From NCBI GenBank assembly GCA_001794635.1, contig MGKE01000006.1, positions 7,100-71,099 of the forward strand: DNA of 64,000 nt, read 5' to 3'. How positions within the stretch are numbered: the first letter of the stretch is position 1; each line of letters opens with the position of its first letter. The notes below the pieces were generated by a model, which did no database searches, was not told the origin of the DNA, and worked only from the letters and a program-made list of their open reading frames with translations. The position numbers and the translations under genes are program-made. The stretch comes from Candidatus Yanofskybacteria bacterium RIFCSPLOWO2_01_FULL_39_28. GTDB taxonomy: Bacteria > Patescibacteriota > Minisyncoccia > 2-02-FULL-40-12 > GWA2-44-9. Shown in pieces: positions 26,904-36,669 of the stretch.

Positions 26904-27347
26904 TCAGATTTTGGCAAGCTGGATTCGTGAACTTGGAAGACTTGTTCCTAGTGGCCAATTCATAGTGGCGTCAATAACCCACGATGCGCCCCATATTAGC
27001 GGATCAGTTGTTGAGACACCAATGTAATCTTCTAGAATGCGCTTTGATTCTACGGTTTCTGCTGTTATGCCAAGTGCGTGCATAAGTACCACTGTCCCAT
27101 CAACCAAATCACCTTTTGCCGAAGTGTTTAAAGCAAACCTACCCATTTCTTTTTTAGTAAACTGATCGTTGCTAAAAAACTCGACCAAAATTGTTGAAAC
27201 AGGAACTTTTTGTTCGCGAGCACATCTAATAATATCGAGCCTAAATTTAGCTCTATTTACATTGTGCTCACCCAAAAGATACTCATCCTTCCTCTTCATT
27301 ACAAAAATCTCAACCCGCGATTCAATTGGATTAGTTTCTTGCGACAT
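26904..27347 (-). CDS. hypothetical protein
   Basis: 147-aa ORF in its own intergenic context. No motif recognised. Confidence 0.45.
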   Translation of the reverse strand: MSQETNPIESRVEIFVMKRKDEYLLGEHNVNRAKFRLDIIRCAREQKVPVSTILVEFFSNDQFTKKEMGRFALNTSAKGDLVDGTVVLMHALGITAETVESKRILEDYIGVSTTDPLIWGASWVIDATMNWPLGTSLPSSRIQLAKI

Positions 27348-27489
27348 ATATAAATATAATTACACAGGGAAATATATTTAGCAAGTTCTTATTTCCCCAG
27401 ATCAAGGCTTCGGGAGAAATCAATATGTGTACACCATTACTCCCCCATATCCTTGTAGTTTACCTATTTTTTGCTAAAATAATCAAGTT

Positions 27490-28062
27490 ATGTCACTAGG
27501 TGTTAATCAGCTTAAACAGAAAACATTTTTTATTTATGAGGGACAGCCTTATGTGGTTTTGGAGACCCATCATTTAAAAATGCAGCAGCGCCGGCCAACG
27601 GTGCAGGTTAAAATGCGCAATCTTATTAACGCCAAAATATTAGAGCGGAACTTCGCTCAATCTGACGTATTTGAAGAAGCAGATGTTGAAAAGCAAAAGG
27701 TTAAATACCTTTATGCTCACCGAGACCAATATTGGTTCTGTCAAGAAAGCAACCAATCTCAACGCTTTGAATTAAAACAAGAAATTATTGGCTACTCGGC
27801 TAAATTCTTGAAAGCCAATGTAATCCTTGAAGCCATTGCTTTTGAGGGTAAGATTATCACCGTTGAACTACCGGTTAAAATGGAATTTAAAGTTATAGAA
27901 GCCCCTCCAGCTATTCGGGGCAACACCGCCCAAGGCGGAGTCAAACAAGTCAAAATAGAAACCGGCGCCACTATCAATGTTCCCTTGTTTATTAATCAAG
28001 ACGATGTCGTCCGTATCAACACCGAAACCGGAGAATACGTTGAACGCGTAGAAAAAGGATAA
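27490..28062 (+). CDS. efp: elongation factor P
   Basis: 190 aa with the typical EF-P three-domain length. A TTGTAG / TAAAAT promoter lies upstream. Confidence 0.9.
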   Translation: MSLGVNQLKQKTFFIYEGQPYVVLETHHLKMQQRRPTVQVKMRNLINAKILERNFAQSDVFEEADVEKQKVKYLYAHRDQYWFCQESNQSQRFELKQEIIGYSAKFLKANVILEAIAFEGKIITVELPVKMEFKVIEAPPAIRGNTAQGGVKQVKIETGATINVPLFINQDDVVRINTETGEYVERVEKG

Positions 28063-28086
28063 ATCAAATCTTTTGCCTGCTTCTAT

Positions 28087-28620
28087 CTACTTCCTAATAA
28101 AAGCCAAAACTGGCAGAGGAGCCAAAGCCCAAAGAAAAAGAGCGGTTGGAGTAGCAAAAAATTTATAAAACCCAAACGACCACCTGATGGTCAGTTCTTC
28201 GGGTAATATATTAAAAATTATACTCGCTAAAAAACCGAATTGAAACAAACTCAAAATTAGTATACCCAATAATGAGTATTCACTGGACGACAATCTTTTC
28301 CGAATGAAAGATATATTAAAAATAATGAAAACCAGTAAATAAGCGCTAAAAAATAAAATTAGTCTTATCCAGTGAACCGCCAGTTTTTCATCTAATAAAT
28401 TGCCCAAACTATCCCAATATGGGAAAAGTTTCTCAAAAGTAAAAGCAATATATATACTTAACAGAGAAATAACAGCTTTTGTCCGACCCATACTTAATCC
28501 AAAAAGGGATACGGCCAATGCTCCAAAAGCGCCGAAAAGCCAACCTGGCCCAACACCAGAAAAAGATGGCAGAGAAAAACTACCTAAACTAGCAATTAAT
28601 CTTTCTATAATCTGTGTCAT
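28087..28620 (-). CDS. integral membrane protein (CvpA-like?)
   Basis: 177 aa with 4-5 TM helices. The family assignment is tentative. Confidence 0.45.
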   Translation of the reverse strand: MTQIIERLIASLGSFSLPSFSGVGPGWLFGAFGALAVSLFGLSMGRTKAVISLLSIYIAFTFEKLFPYWDSLGNLLDEKLAVHWIRLILFFSAYLLVFIIFNISFIRKRLSSSEYSLLGILILSLFQFGFLASIIFNILPEELTIRWSFGFYKFFATPTALFLWALAPLPVLAFIRK

Positions 28621-28645
28621 GTGATTAAATCTCTAATTTATTATA

Positions 28646-29464
28646 TCATTTATAATAAATCCGTCCTGGAATACGGGCATCAAGATATTCCACAGCAAAT
28701 CCTTCTTTTTTATCAGCTAAAAATATTTCCAGCGATTCTATCTGTTTACTTATTTCTGAATCAGCACTGAATGTGACGTAATAACCTTTAGCGGTGTAAA
28801 CGTGAAAATCATTTATTGAATCGTTTGGTATTTGGATTTTTCTAATAGCCACACTGATTTTATCAAAACTCAAACTAATCAAATTAAAAGCTTCTTTGAA
28901 TTGGGTCTCCACTGTTTTGGGGTAAAATTCTAAGATTCTTTCATCTTCAACGTTTAAAAATAGCGGGCCAGAAGATTTAAGAGCTTGGCCCCAAAAAATC
29001 CCGTATTTATCAAAATAACGACATTCCCCGCCAGCTAATGAATCAAAACACCAAACACCAATCGGTTCTCTTTCTTTAATACTGACTATTAATTTGTGGG
29101 GGTATTTCTTCTTAATTTCAACTTTTTCAACTACTGGAAAATCCGCAAGTATTTTACCCACAGTAAACTCATTGCTAAAAAAGAATATGTTTCTCTGTGG
29201 CTTTAGTGCTGCTATCCCGAGAGCGATTTGGTTTATTATCGGATCGGTTACAGAGTAGATATCTTCGTTTTTTAAAGTTTTAAGTCCTTCTATATTCTGT
29301 TCGGTTATTTGCAACAAGTTGGAAAAAAACAGGAAATAAATTAATATTCCGCTCAACGTAACAAACCCGCCAAAAATAATTGATAATTTTAGAAAAAAAC
29401 GACGCCGTTTCTTACGCACCAAATTATCGCCGTATTTATTATAGTTATAAATATTTTGACCCAT
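28646..29464 (-). CDS. FtsQ/DivIB-like cell-division protein
   Basis: Basic N-terminus, a single TM helix, and a POTRA-like extracytoplasmic region; 272 aa. Confidence 0.55.
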   Translation of the reverse strand: MGQNIYNYNKYGDNLVRKKRRRFFLKLSIIFGGFVTLSGILIYFLFFSNLLQITEQNIEGLKTLKNEDIYSVTDPIINQIALGIAALKPQRNIFFFSNEFTVGKILADFPVVEKVEIKKKYPHKLIVSIKEREPIGVWCFDSLAGGECRYFDKYGIFWGQALKSSGPLFLNVEDERILEFYPKTVETQFKEAFNLISLSFDKISVAIRKIQIPNDSINDFHVYTAKGYYVTFSADSEISKQIESLEIFLADKKEGFAVEYLDARIPGRIYYK

Positions 29465-29468
29465 TCAC

Positions 29469-30755
29469 CTATTTTATTTCTTTAAAACCGGTGTATTTTT
29501 GAAGGACTTTAGGTATTTTAATCGTCCCCTTTTCGGTTTGATAGTTTTCCATAATAGCCACCACGATACGGCTTAAAGCAAAGGCGGTAGCGTCATTCAT
29601 GTGAACATACTGAGATTCACCACTTACTCTTTTGACTTTTGTATTTAAACGTCTTGCTTGAAAATCAGTCATTAAATCAGAAGTATGGGTTTCACGATAT
29701 TTGTTTTGTCCTGGCATCCATATTTCAATATCAATATGTCTAGCATCTTGCTTGCCCATATCACCTGTGCACATAATTAATACTTGATATGGTAAACCGA
29801 GATCTTGAACCATGTGTTCAATTATAGCAACAATAAAATCCTGCTCTTTTTGAGAGTTTTCTGGTAAAGTAAATGATTCTATTTCTAACTTATCAAATTG
29901 GTGCATTCTTATCAGTCCTTTCACGTCTTTTCCATAGGAACCGGCTTCTCGGCGAAAAGCGGTTGAAAATCCAATATATCTGACCGGCATTTCTTCTTCT
30001 TTTAATGTTTCGTCCATATGCATTGAACCGATAGTGTGTTCGGCACTGCCAATCAAATAAATATCGTCGCTTGGAATATGATATCTCTCTTCTTTTGGTT
30101 CTAGCCGATCCATTTTTTGAAAAACTTCCGGTTTTATCATGACCGGCGGAAAAATCGGTCGGAATGGTTTTGAAGAAATATCAAGCTTGGCCTTTTTTCC
30201 TATTTTTTTAAGTGTATCCTCATTAGTTAAAACTGAAAAAGTATAATTAATTACCGCTAGTTCAAGTAATGGTATAGCCCCTTTTCGGTAGGCAAATCTG
30301 GCTCCAGAAACTTTAGCCGCCCTTTCCATGTCTATAACATCTAACTCCTGACCCAACTCCCAATGTTCTTTGGGTTTAAAATTGAATTGTGTAATTTTAC
30401 CAACTTGACGCAAAACCTTGTTTTCCGACTCATCTTTACCAACTGGGGTGTCTTCGGAGGGAATATTAGGAACCTTAAGAGCTAAATCATTAAATTCTTT
30501 ATCAACTATCTCTAATTCTTTCTCAAGAAGTTTAATTTTTTCCTTCAAACCCCTTGATTCTTCTATGTTTTCCGGTGACTGGGGACCTTTAGATTTTTTA
30601 TTTTGTTCGGATCTTAACTGCTCAAGTTCGGTCATAACATGTCTTTTTCTCTCATCAGCCGCTAATAATTTATCCAAATCTAAATCAATATTCTTGTTTT
30701 GAATGGCCTTTTTAACAATCTCGATATTCTGCCTAATAAATTTAATATCCAGCAT
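29469..30755 (-). CDS. serS: seryl-tRNA synthetase
   Basis: N-terminal coiled-coil arm plus class II core (FRREAGS, TSDLMT..NDATAFA); 428 aa. Confidence 0.9.
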   Translation of the reverse strand: MLDIKFIRQNIEIVKKAIQNKNIDLDLDKLLAADERKRHVMTELEQLRSEQNKKSKGPQSPENIEESRGLKEKIKLLEKELEIVDKEFNDLALKVPNIPSEDTPVGKDESENKVLRQVGKITQFNFKPKEHWELGQELDVIDMERAAKVSGARFAYRKGAIPLLELAVINYTFSVLTNEDTLKKIGKKAKLDISSKPFRPIFPPVMIKPEVFQKMDRLEPKEERYHIPSDDIYLIGSAEHTIGSMHMDETLKEEEMPVRYIGFSTAFRREAGSYGKDVKGLIRMHQFDKLEIESFTLPENSQKEQDFIVAIIEHMVQDLGLPYQVLIMCTGDMGKQDARHIDIEIWMPGQNKYRETHTSDLMTDFQARRLNTKVKRVSGESQYVHMNDATAFALSRIVVAIMENYQTEKGTIKIPKVLQKYTGFKEIK

Positions 30756-30760
30756 AAATT

Positions 30761-32212
30761 TTATTTAGGTCGCATTAACGGAAAAATTTGGGTTTCCCTT
30801 ACTGGTTTATCCATCAAAAAACTGAATAACCGTTCACTGAATCCCTGGCCGGCCGTCGGAGGCATGCCATACTCTAAAGCCTCAACAAAATCATAATCAG
30901 CCATCTGGGCCTCTGTGTCTCCTGATTTTCTCATTTTTTCCTGATCTTCAAAACGCTCCCTTTGATCTATTGGATCATTAAGTTCGCTGTATCCGTTGCA
31001 TAGTTCTGAACCGGCAATTATTATATGAAATCTTTCGGTTACATTGGGATCGTTGGGTGATGTTTTAGATAAAGGCGAAATAATTTTGGGTTCATTGATT
31101 AAAATAGCCGGTCCGCCAATACTTTTACGGCAGTATTTCCAAAGAGAATCAATTAAACGCTCCTTGCTTTCAAAAGCATATTCTACACCAAGCTCATCCA
31201 GCTTTTTCTTTATTTCTTTATCTGTTGCCTTCCAAATATCAAGGCCGGTCTGTTTTTTAATTTCTTCGGCATAGTCTATCAGCGGCCAATCTGCGCCCAG
31301 ATCCACATCAAATCCCCTAATTTGAAAACGTAGTGTTTCAAAAGTCTTTTTGGCAACATATTGAAAACACTCCTGCATAAATTTATACATATCTTTATAA
31401 TCAGCGTAAGCCCAATATGTTTCGCATTGAGTATAGTCTTGTAAATGTTCGGCTGACATGCCCTCATTTCTAAAAATCCTTCCTATTTCAAAAGTCTTAT
31501 CAAATCCGGCTACCATTAATCTCTTCTGCCAAAGTTCTCCGGCTGATATCCGAAGATAGACGTCTATATCAAGTGCGTTGTGATGAGTTTTAAACGGTGT
31601 CGCATCAGCTCCGCCAACCGTAGTTTCTAAAACCGGAGTTTCAACTTCCAAAAAACCATTCTGGACATGAAATTCTCGGACGGCATTCCAAAACATCGCT
31701 CGCTTTTCTATAATTTGTTTTACTTCCGGATTAAAAAGAATGTCCAAATACCTTTTTCTTAACTTTTCTTCCGAATCCTGTATTCCATGCCATTTTTCCG
31801 GTAAAGGTAAGAGAGCTTTAGTTAAGAGTTTATATTTCTGAACTTCTAAAGTTTTTTCTTCCTTTTTGGTTTTGAATAAAGTTCCATAGATTTCTACAAA
31901 ATCACCGATATCAAACAGTTCGTTGAAAGTCTTAAAATCATCCTCACCAACTACATCCTGCTTTAAATACGCTTGTATCTGACCGGTTCCGTCTTTAACA
32001 TCAAAGAATATTGAACCTCCGTGTTCACGTTTTGCCATAATTCGTCCAACCAAAACAAGCTCTGTCTTGTTAGCTGACAAAGAATCAAAAAGCAAAAGTG
32101 CTTGAACTATTTCGTGAGTCCTGCCCGAAGAAGCCGGATATGGATCAACTCCTGCCTTTTTGAGTTTCTCTATTTTCTCTATTTTTGTTTGCCTAATCTC
32201 ATCTAAAGCCAT
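30761..32212 (-). CDS. lysS: lysyl-tRNA synthetase, class II
   Basis: OB-fold anticodon-binding N-domain plus class II motifs (FRNEG, GGxGxGxxR-like GQGFSERL); 483 aa. Confidence 0.9.
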   Translation of the reverse strand: MALDEIRQTKIEKIEKLKKAGVDPYPASSGRTHEIVQALLLFDSLSANKTELVLVGRIMAKREHGGSIFFDVKDGTGQIQAYLKQDVVGEDDFKTFNELFDIGDFVEIYGTLFKTKKEEKTLEVQKYKLLTKALLPLPEKWHGIQDSEEKLRKRYLDILFNPEVKQIIEKRAMFWNAVREFHVQNGFLEVETPVLETTVGGADATPFKTHHNALDIDVYLRISAGELWQKRLMVAGFDKTFEIGRIFRNEGMSAEHLQDYTQCETYWAYADYKDMYKFMQECFQYVAKKTFETLRFQIRGFDVDLGADWPLIDYAEEIKKQTGLDIWKATDKEIKKKLDELGVEYAFESKERLIDSLWKYCRKSIGGPAILINEPKIISPLSKTSPNDPNVTERFHIIIAGSELCNGYSELNDPIDQRERFEDQEKMRKSGDTEAQMADYDFVEALEYGMPPTAGQGFSERLFSFLMDKPVRETQIFPLMRPK

Positions 32213-32247
32213 GGATAAATGATAACAAAAACGGCTAAAATCAAAAA

Positions 32248-32276
32248 CTTGACATTTTTATTTATTTATGATATAC
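32248..32276 (+). promoter_or_regulatory. sigma70-like promoter of the GC-rich ORF
   Basis: TTGACA (32248-32253), 17 nt, TATACT (32271-32276). Confidence 0.5.
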
Positions 32277-32356
32277 TTTAAAAAGTTGCCCAGGCACCCA
32301 AACCCACCACTTCCGTAAACCCGCCTTTTCAGGTGAGGGACGAAGGAGAATTGACA

Positions 32357-32854
32357 ATGGCACAGACACAAATCGCTCACGTTATCAGCCGATACATTCG
32401 GGGCGGAGCCCAAATGGCCATGGTGGTAATCCACCGAGGCGAGGGTTCCAATCGCCGGTCGGAGACCCGCCACATCGCTCTCTCTACCGTCAACGATGGA
32501 GAGAGGGTGCGCCGGACCTGGGTTGGCAACAACCCCGATCCAACGACGGTCAGCCGACGTGAGCAGGCCGCCAGGCTGGTGTCCAACGCCAGCGCCAATC
32601 ACGAACTGATCGCCGGGGAGATCGCCGAGTTTGAGAAGCTCGTCAAGCGTGAGTTGACCGCCGACGAGCTGGAAATATTTCGGCTTCAGGGATTCAGCAC
32701 CCCGGAGAAGATCAAGGAGGTGGTCGAAAAGATCGTCATCCCGGCTCTCAAGACCCAACTGGCCTCGGCCAAGGTGGCCGCCGACACCACCAAAGCCTTC
32801 CAGGCCGAGATCAACGAGGCCTACCCGCTGACGGTTGAATTCGTCGGCCTTTAA
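32357..32854 (+). CDS. hypothetical protein encoded in a GC-rich islet
   Basis: ATG 32357 is preceded by AAGGAG with an 8-nt spacer. 165 aa. GC is 39/60 for 32461-32520, against 11/60 for 32221-32280. Confidence 0.55.
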   Translation: MAQTQIAHVISRYIRGGAQMAMVVIHRGEGSNRRSETRHIALSTVNDGERVRRTWVGNNPDPTTVSRREQAARLVSNASANHELIAGEIAEFEKLVKRELTADELEIFRLQGFSTPEKIKEVVEKIVIPALKTQLASAKVAADTTKAFQAEINEAYPLTVEFVGL

Positions 32855-32940
32855 AAGAGGTCGACCCCAGCCAACACAATAGGAGATGACGTGATGAGTA
32901 TAGTGTAGTCTGCCGGTGCGGCTGGCAGACACGAACAAAC

Positions 32941-32967
32941 AAGCCCCATGGTGTTACCATGGGGCTT
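32941..32967. terminator. bidirectional terminator (greA / GC-rich ORF)
   Basis: AAGCCCCATGG-tgtta-CCATGGGGCTT, an 11-bp stem. A second hairpin GTCTGCC/GGCAGAC lies at 32908-32930. Confidence 0.65.
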
Positions 32968-32971
32968 CATC

Positions 32972-33433
32972 TTATTTAACCTCCAAAATTTTATATTCCA
33001 CTTCCCCTTTCGGAGTTTTGATTTTTAATTTATCACCTTTCTTGTGTCCTATAAAAGCACTGCCCAGAGGCGATTCGTTTGAAATAAAACCTTTAAGCGG
33101 ATCTGATTCGGCGGCACCAACAATAACAAACTCTTGAGTGCCATTCTTGGATTCAACTTTAACCCCAGAACCCACATCAACAGTACTCTTACCAGAACTG
33201 CCTTCAAAAACCTTGGCAGTTTCCAAAGTAATCTTTATCTCCTCTATTCTGCCCTCATTTACCGCCTGGGCCTCTTTGGCCGCATCAAAACCGGCGTTTT
33301 CTGAAATATCACCTTCTTCTTTTGCCTCTTTGAGTCGTTTGGCAATTTCGCCACGCAAAACTTCAGTCCTGTGTTTATATTCTTCTTTTAGTTTTTCTAA
33401 ACCTTCCGGGGTAAAATATTGATTGTCTGCCAT
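32972..33433 (-). CDS. greA: transcription elongation factor GreA
   Basis: 153 aa with an N-terminal coiled coil and a C-terminal globular domain (ISNESPLGSAFIGHKKGD). Confidence 0.9.
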   Translation of the reverse strand: MADNQYFTPEGLEKLKEEYKHRTEVLRGEIAKRLKEAKEEGDISENAGFDAAKEAQAVNEGRIEEIKITLETAKVFEGSSGKSTVDVGSGVKVESKNGTQEFVIVGAAESDPLKGFISNESPLGSAFIGHKKGDKLKIKTPKGEVEYKILEVK

Positions 33434-33503
33434 GGTTGTTTGTTAATAAGAATTGACAAAATTTAACACAATAGAGACAAGAAAGCAAGTTTTTGTGGAT
33501 AAT

Positions 33504-35390
33504 TTATCTGCTAAAGTGCCATTTTAATACATTATAAGCCGATCTAACAGCCAATCCTTGTTGATTTGTTGCTCCCTCAATCAAAATAGTAATTGCTATT
33601 TCCGGGTTATCGTAAGGAGCAAAAGCTGTAAAAAGCGAGTTAACCGTTGACCCTTTTATAACTTCTGCTGTTCCAGTTTTAGCGCCGACTTGAACCGGTA
33701 ACTCTTTAAATATCTGAGCTGTTCCAGATAACACAGTTTCCCTCATGGCATCCCTCATAACACTTATGACCTCTCTTGAAAAAGGCAACGTTTCTAAAAT
33801 TTCAGGTTCTATTTTTTTTGATATTTTGTTTTTATCCCGGATTTCTTTTGCAACCAATGGTTTATATATGGTACCCATGTTGGCTATAGCCGAAACATAG
33901 GTGTTGAGCCAAAGAGGGGTCACCAATAAATCACCCTGGCCAATAGAAATGTTATATGTATCGCCCAAATACCAAGATTCGCCTTTTTCAAGCAGTTTCC
34001 AGCCGGGAGTAGGAATAAAACCTTTTTTTTCTCCGGGTATATCTATGCCCAACCTTGAATCCGCTAAAGACGATTTGAGATATTTGGTTATTCTATCAGC
34101 GCCCAAACCAGAAAAATCATCTCTACCCCCACCAAGAGTAAAGAAATAAATATTACAGGAGTTAGCAATTGATTTTTTCAAATTAAATTGTCCGTATTCG
34201 ATTCGCCAGTTGCCAAAAATATAAGGATTTTTAGAATCATAGGGATTCTGCACAACCAGTTCAATACAATCCTTAATCGTGTAATCTGATGAAATTATTT
34301 TTTCCTCCAAAGCAGTCATCCCAATAAAAGGTTTGATAGTTGACCCGGGATTATACAACCCACTTATAACGCGATTAAAAAGCGGCTTAGCTTGATTTTC
34401 AAAAAGACGTTTATAATCACTCTCGGACACGCCTGAAGAAAAAATATTATTATCAAAACTGGGAAAACTTACAAGCGCCAAAACCGCTCCGGTATTCGGA
34501 TCCTGAATAATACCGGCCGCCCTTGATATTCCAGAGTCACGAAGAACAGAAAAAATCTCATCATATAATTTAATCTGCAAGTCATGATCAAGATTCAAAA
34601 AAACCGCCTGACCCGATTCCGGATTCTTGGCCACATAACCGGATTTTTCCTTAGAAAAAAATATGTTACCGTGTTCACCTCTCAAAAACTCCTCATATTG
34701 GTATTCAACGCCTAACCTACCAACAATATCTGTTGTAAAATAGTACTCGCTGTTTTTCAAGTCATCTTTGTTAACTTTGCCGGTATATCCTATCACCTGA
34801 GAAATTTTAAAACCATCCAAATATTCTCTTTTATGATCTGGAACTACGTAAAAACCAGGAAATTGTAAATATTCAATAGACAGGGCCTGGTCTTTGGTTA
34901 AATCTAAATGAGCAAAGAAAACATTACCGATTTTCATCTGATTTCGTACCAACTCCTTCAGTGTTTTTGAGTCTTGGGAAAGTTTTTCAGCTATTTGTTC
35001 TATTTTGACATCTAAATTTTCAAAGTCATCGTTTAATTCCCTTGTTACGGCCAAGAGGTTAAAGATTGGTATATTTCTAACTAAGGGTTGACCGTTTTTA
35101 TCCAAAATCATGCCTCTTGGCGGAGATAGGGGCAAATTAGCTGATTTATTTTGCAGAGCCAATTTGGCAAAAGCTTCGTGTTCTACTATGGAAATTTTAA
35201 ACAAGAAAATGATTAAAATAACAGTCAGTGAAGAAAATAAAATCAAAAAAAAGCTAAACATATATCCAGGCATAGGTTTTTCTAGGTCTGAATACTGGCT
35301 CCTGGAGTCAAGCAGAGTTTCTTCGGGGGTTACCCAGTCTTCACTTTCAAGCGATACCCAATAATTTTTACTTTTTTTGAAAAACGACAT
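33504..35390 (-). CDS. mrdA: penicillin-binding protein 2 (elongasome transpeptidase)
   Basis: SxxK (STIKP), SxN (SCN) and KTG (KTGTA) motifs. Located directly downstream of mreBCD. Confidence 0.85.
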   Translation of the reverse strand: MSFFKKSKNYWVSLESEDWVTPEETLLDSRSQYSDLEKPMPGYMFSFFLILFSSLTVILIIFLFKISIVEHEAFAKLALQNKSANLPLSPPRGMILDKNGQPLVRNIPIFNLLAVTRELNDDFENLDVKIEQIAEKLSQDSKTLKELVRNQMKIGNVFFAHLDLTKDQALSIEYLQFPGFYVVPDHKREYLDGFKISQVIGYTGKVNKDDLKNSEYYFTTDIVGRLGVEYQYEEFLRGEHGNIFFSKEKSGYVAKNPESGQAVFLNLDHDLQIKLYDEIFSVLRDSGISRAAGIIQDPNTGAVLALVSFPSFDNNIFSSGVSESDYKRLFENQAKPLFNRVISGLYNPGSTIKPFIGMTALEEKIISSDYTIKDCIELVVQNPYDSKNPYIFGNWRIEYGQFNLKKSIANSCNIYFFTLGGGRDDFSGLGADRITKYLKSSLADSRLGIDIPGEKKGFIPTPGWKLLEKGESWYLGDTYNISIGQGDLLVTPLWLNTYVSAIANMGTIYKPLVAKEIRDKNKISKKIEPEILETLPFSREVISVMRDAMRETVLSGTAQIFKELPVQVGAKTGTAEVIKGSTVNSLFTAFAPYDNPEIAITILIEGATNQQGLAVRSAYNVLKWHFSR

Positions 35391-35868
35391 ATTTAAAAAT
35401 AATCACAAAAGCCAAAGCCCAACCGCCAATTTGATAGACCGATGTTTTTATGAGAATTATAACCATTTGCCACGCCTCCAAAAAACTATAGGATAATTGC
35501 AAAAATAAAAATGCGTAAGAAAAAAGAAAAGCCAAAAGAGAAAGAAAAAATGCGCCGCCTAAAAAACTGGCTAAGACGCCGCTTTCTCTCAAGGTTAATT
35601 TTATATCTAGAAAACTATTCGTCCACCAATATAAAGCAATCACTATAAGAAATGGTAAAATCATATCGCCGAATCCGGAGGCAGAGAACATTTCAGTAAT
35701 TATCAAAAACACTATGGCTTGAATTAATCTTAATTTAGTATTATTGCCATAGACAACAATGGCAAAAACAAATAATGGGACTATTAAAAAAGACCTGGGT
35801 CCAACTAAAGCCGGCAGTAATAAATTCTCCAGCAATAAAAACAAAAAAAACAAAAAAGTTACTATCAT
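35368..35868 (-). CDS. mreD: rod shape-determining protein MreD
   Basis: 166-aa polytopic membrane protein between mreC and mrdA, with overlapping stops and starts. Confidence 0.7.
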   Translation of the reverse strand: MIVTFLFFLFLLLENLLLPALVGPRSFLIVPLFVFAIVVYGNNTKLRLIQAIVFLIITEMFSASGFGDMILPFLIVIALYWWTNSFLDIKLTLRESGVLASFLGGAFFLSLLAFLFSYAFLFLQLSYSFLEAWQMVIILIKTSVYQIGGWALAFVIIFKYVVFQKK

Positions 35869-36653
35869 TGTGTCAATATTAATACCCGGTCCAGATTAAT
35901 TTTTTTAAACTCCGGCTCAAGGATGACTTTTTTAAACAAATCGCCGTCGTCAGCAAAAATTATATTACTTACCTTGCCAATCAATAATCCCGGCGGGAAC
36001 ATATCATTGCCATTTGTAATAATTGTGTCGCCTTCGACAATTTGGTCATTTTGAGATATGAAGTCAAGTCGCAAACCTTCATTTAAAAAACCTCGAGCAA
36101 TACCGGTCGTATTTTTACCCAAAACTTTTACTGTAATTTTAGAGCCGGAATTGGTTATCAAACTGGCCCGCGAGAATCCCTCATCAACATTATCAACCAC
36201 TCCCAGCAATATGCCAGTAGATACAACAATAATATCGCCGATTTTAATCCCACTCTCCCCTCCCTTATTTATGAGAAAATGGTGACCTTCAGGAGTAAAT
36301 TGAAAATTAAAAATTCTGGCATCAATAAATTTATGACCGGAAAAAATGTCAAGATCCAACGACTCTCTTAAAAAGTTAATTTGATCCTGAAGCTCATCTT
36401 GAGAAGCCAGTAAAGAAAGTAATTTAGTGTTTTCGTTTTTCAAAAACATGTTTTCTTTCGTTAATTTACTAATTCTCTCTATCTTTGATAAAAACGAACT
36501 GAAAACATTAATTTTTGAAAAAAACGACACTCTAATATTTTTTATGGAAGCAGAGTAATCGCCTAGACGAAAACTTCCGAGAAAAATAAAAAAAACCAGC
36601 AATGCAACTATTAAAAAAATAAAAAATAAACTCCATAATTTTAAACTTTTCAT
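35865..36653 (-). CDS. mreC: rod shape-determining protein MreC
   Basis: TM anchor, coiled coil and beta-rich C-terminal domain. Positioned after mreB. Confidence 0.8.
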   Translation of the reverse strand: MKSLKLWSLFFIFLIVALLVFFIFLGSFRLGDYSASIKNIRVSFFSKINVFSSFLSKIERISKLTKENMFLKNENTKLLSLLASQDELQDQINFLRESLDLDIFSGHKFIDARIFNFQFTPEGHHFLINKGGESGIKIGDIIVVSTGILLGVVDNVDEGFSRASLITNSGSKITVKVLGKNTTGIARGFLNEGLRLDFISQNDQIVEGDTIITNGNDMFPPGLLIGKVSNIIFADDGDLFKKVILEPEFKKINLDRVLILTQ

Positions 36654-36669
36654 TTTTAACTTTTAATTT

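Noticed and set aside
32258-32938. 226-aa minus-strand ORF (and the 73-aa ORF at 32377-32598) covering the GC-rich islet.
   Set aside because: The products are low-complexity Gly/Leu/Asp-rich, typical of the antisense frame of high-GC DNA. There is no SD or promoter. The plus-strand frame has a TTGACA-17-TATACT promoter and AAGGAG.
33494-33502. Replication origin, suggested by perfect DnaA boxes (TTATCCACA) at 33494-33502, 56245-56253 and 61677-61685.
   Set aside because: These are three isolated boxes tens of kb apart, with no clustering, no adjacent AT-rich unwinding element and no dnaA/dnaN. This is compatible with chance in AT-rich DNA.
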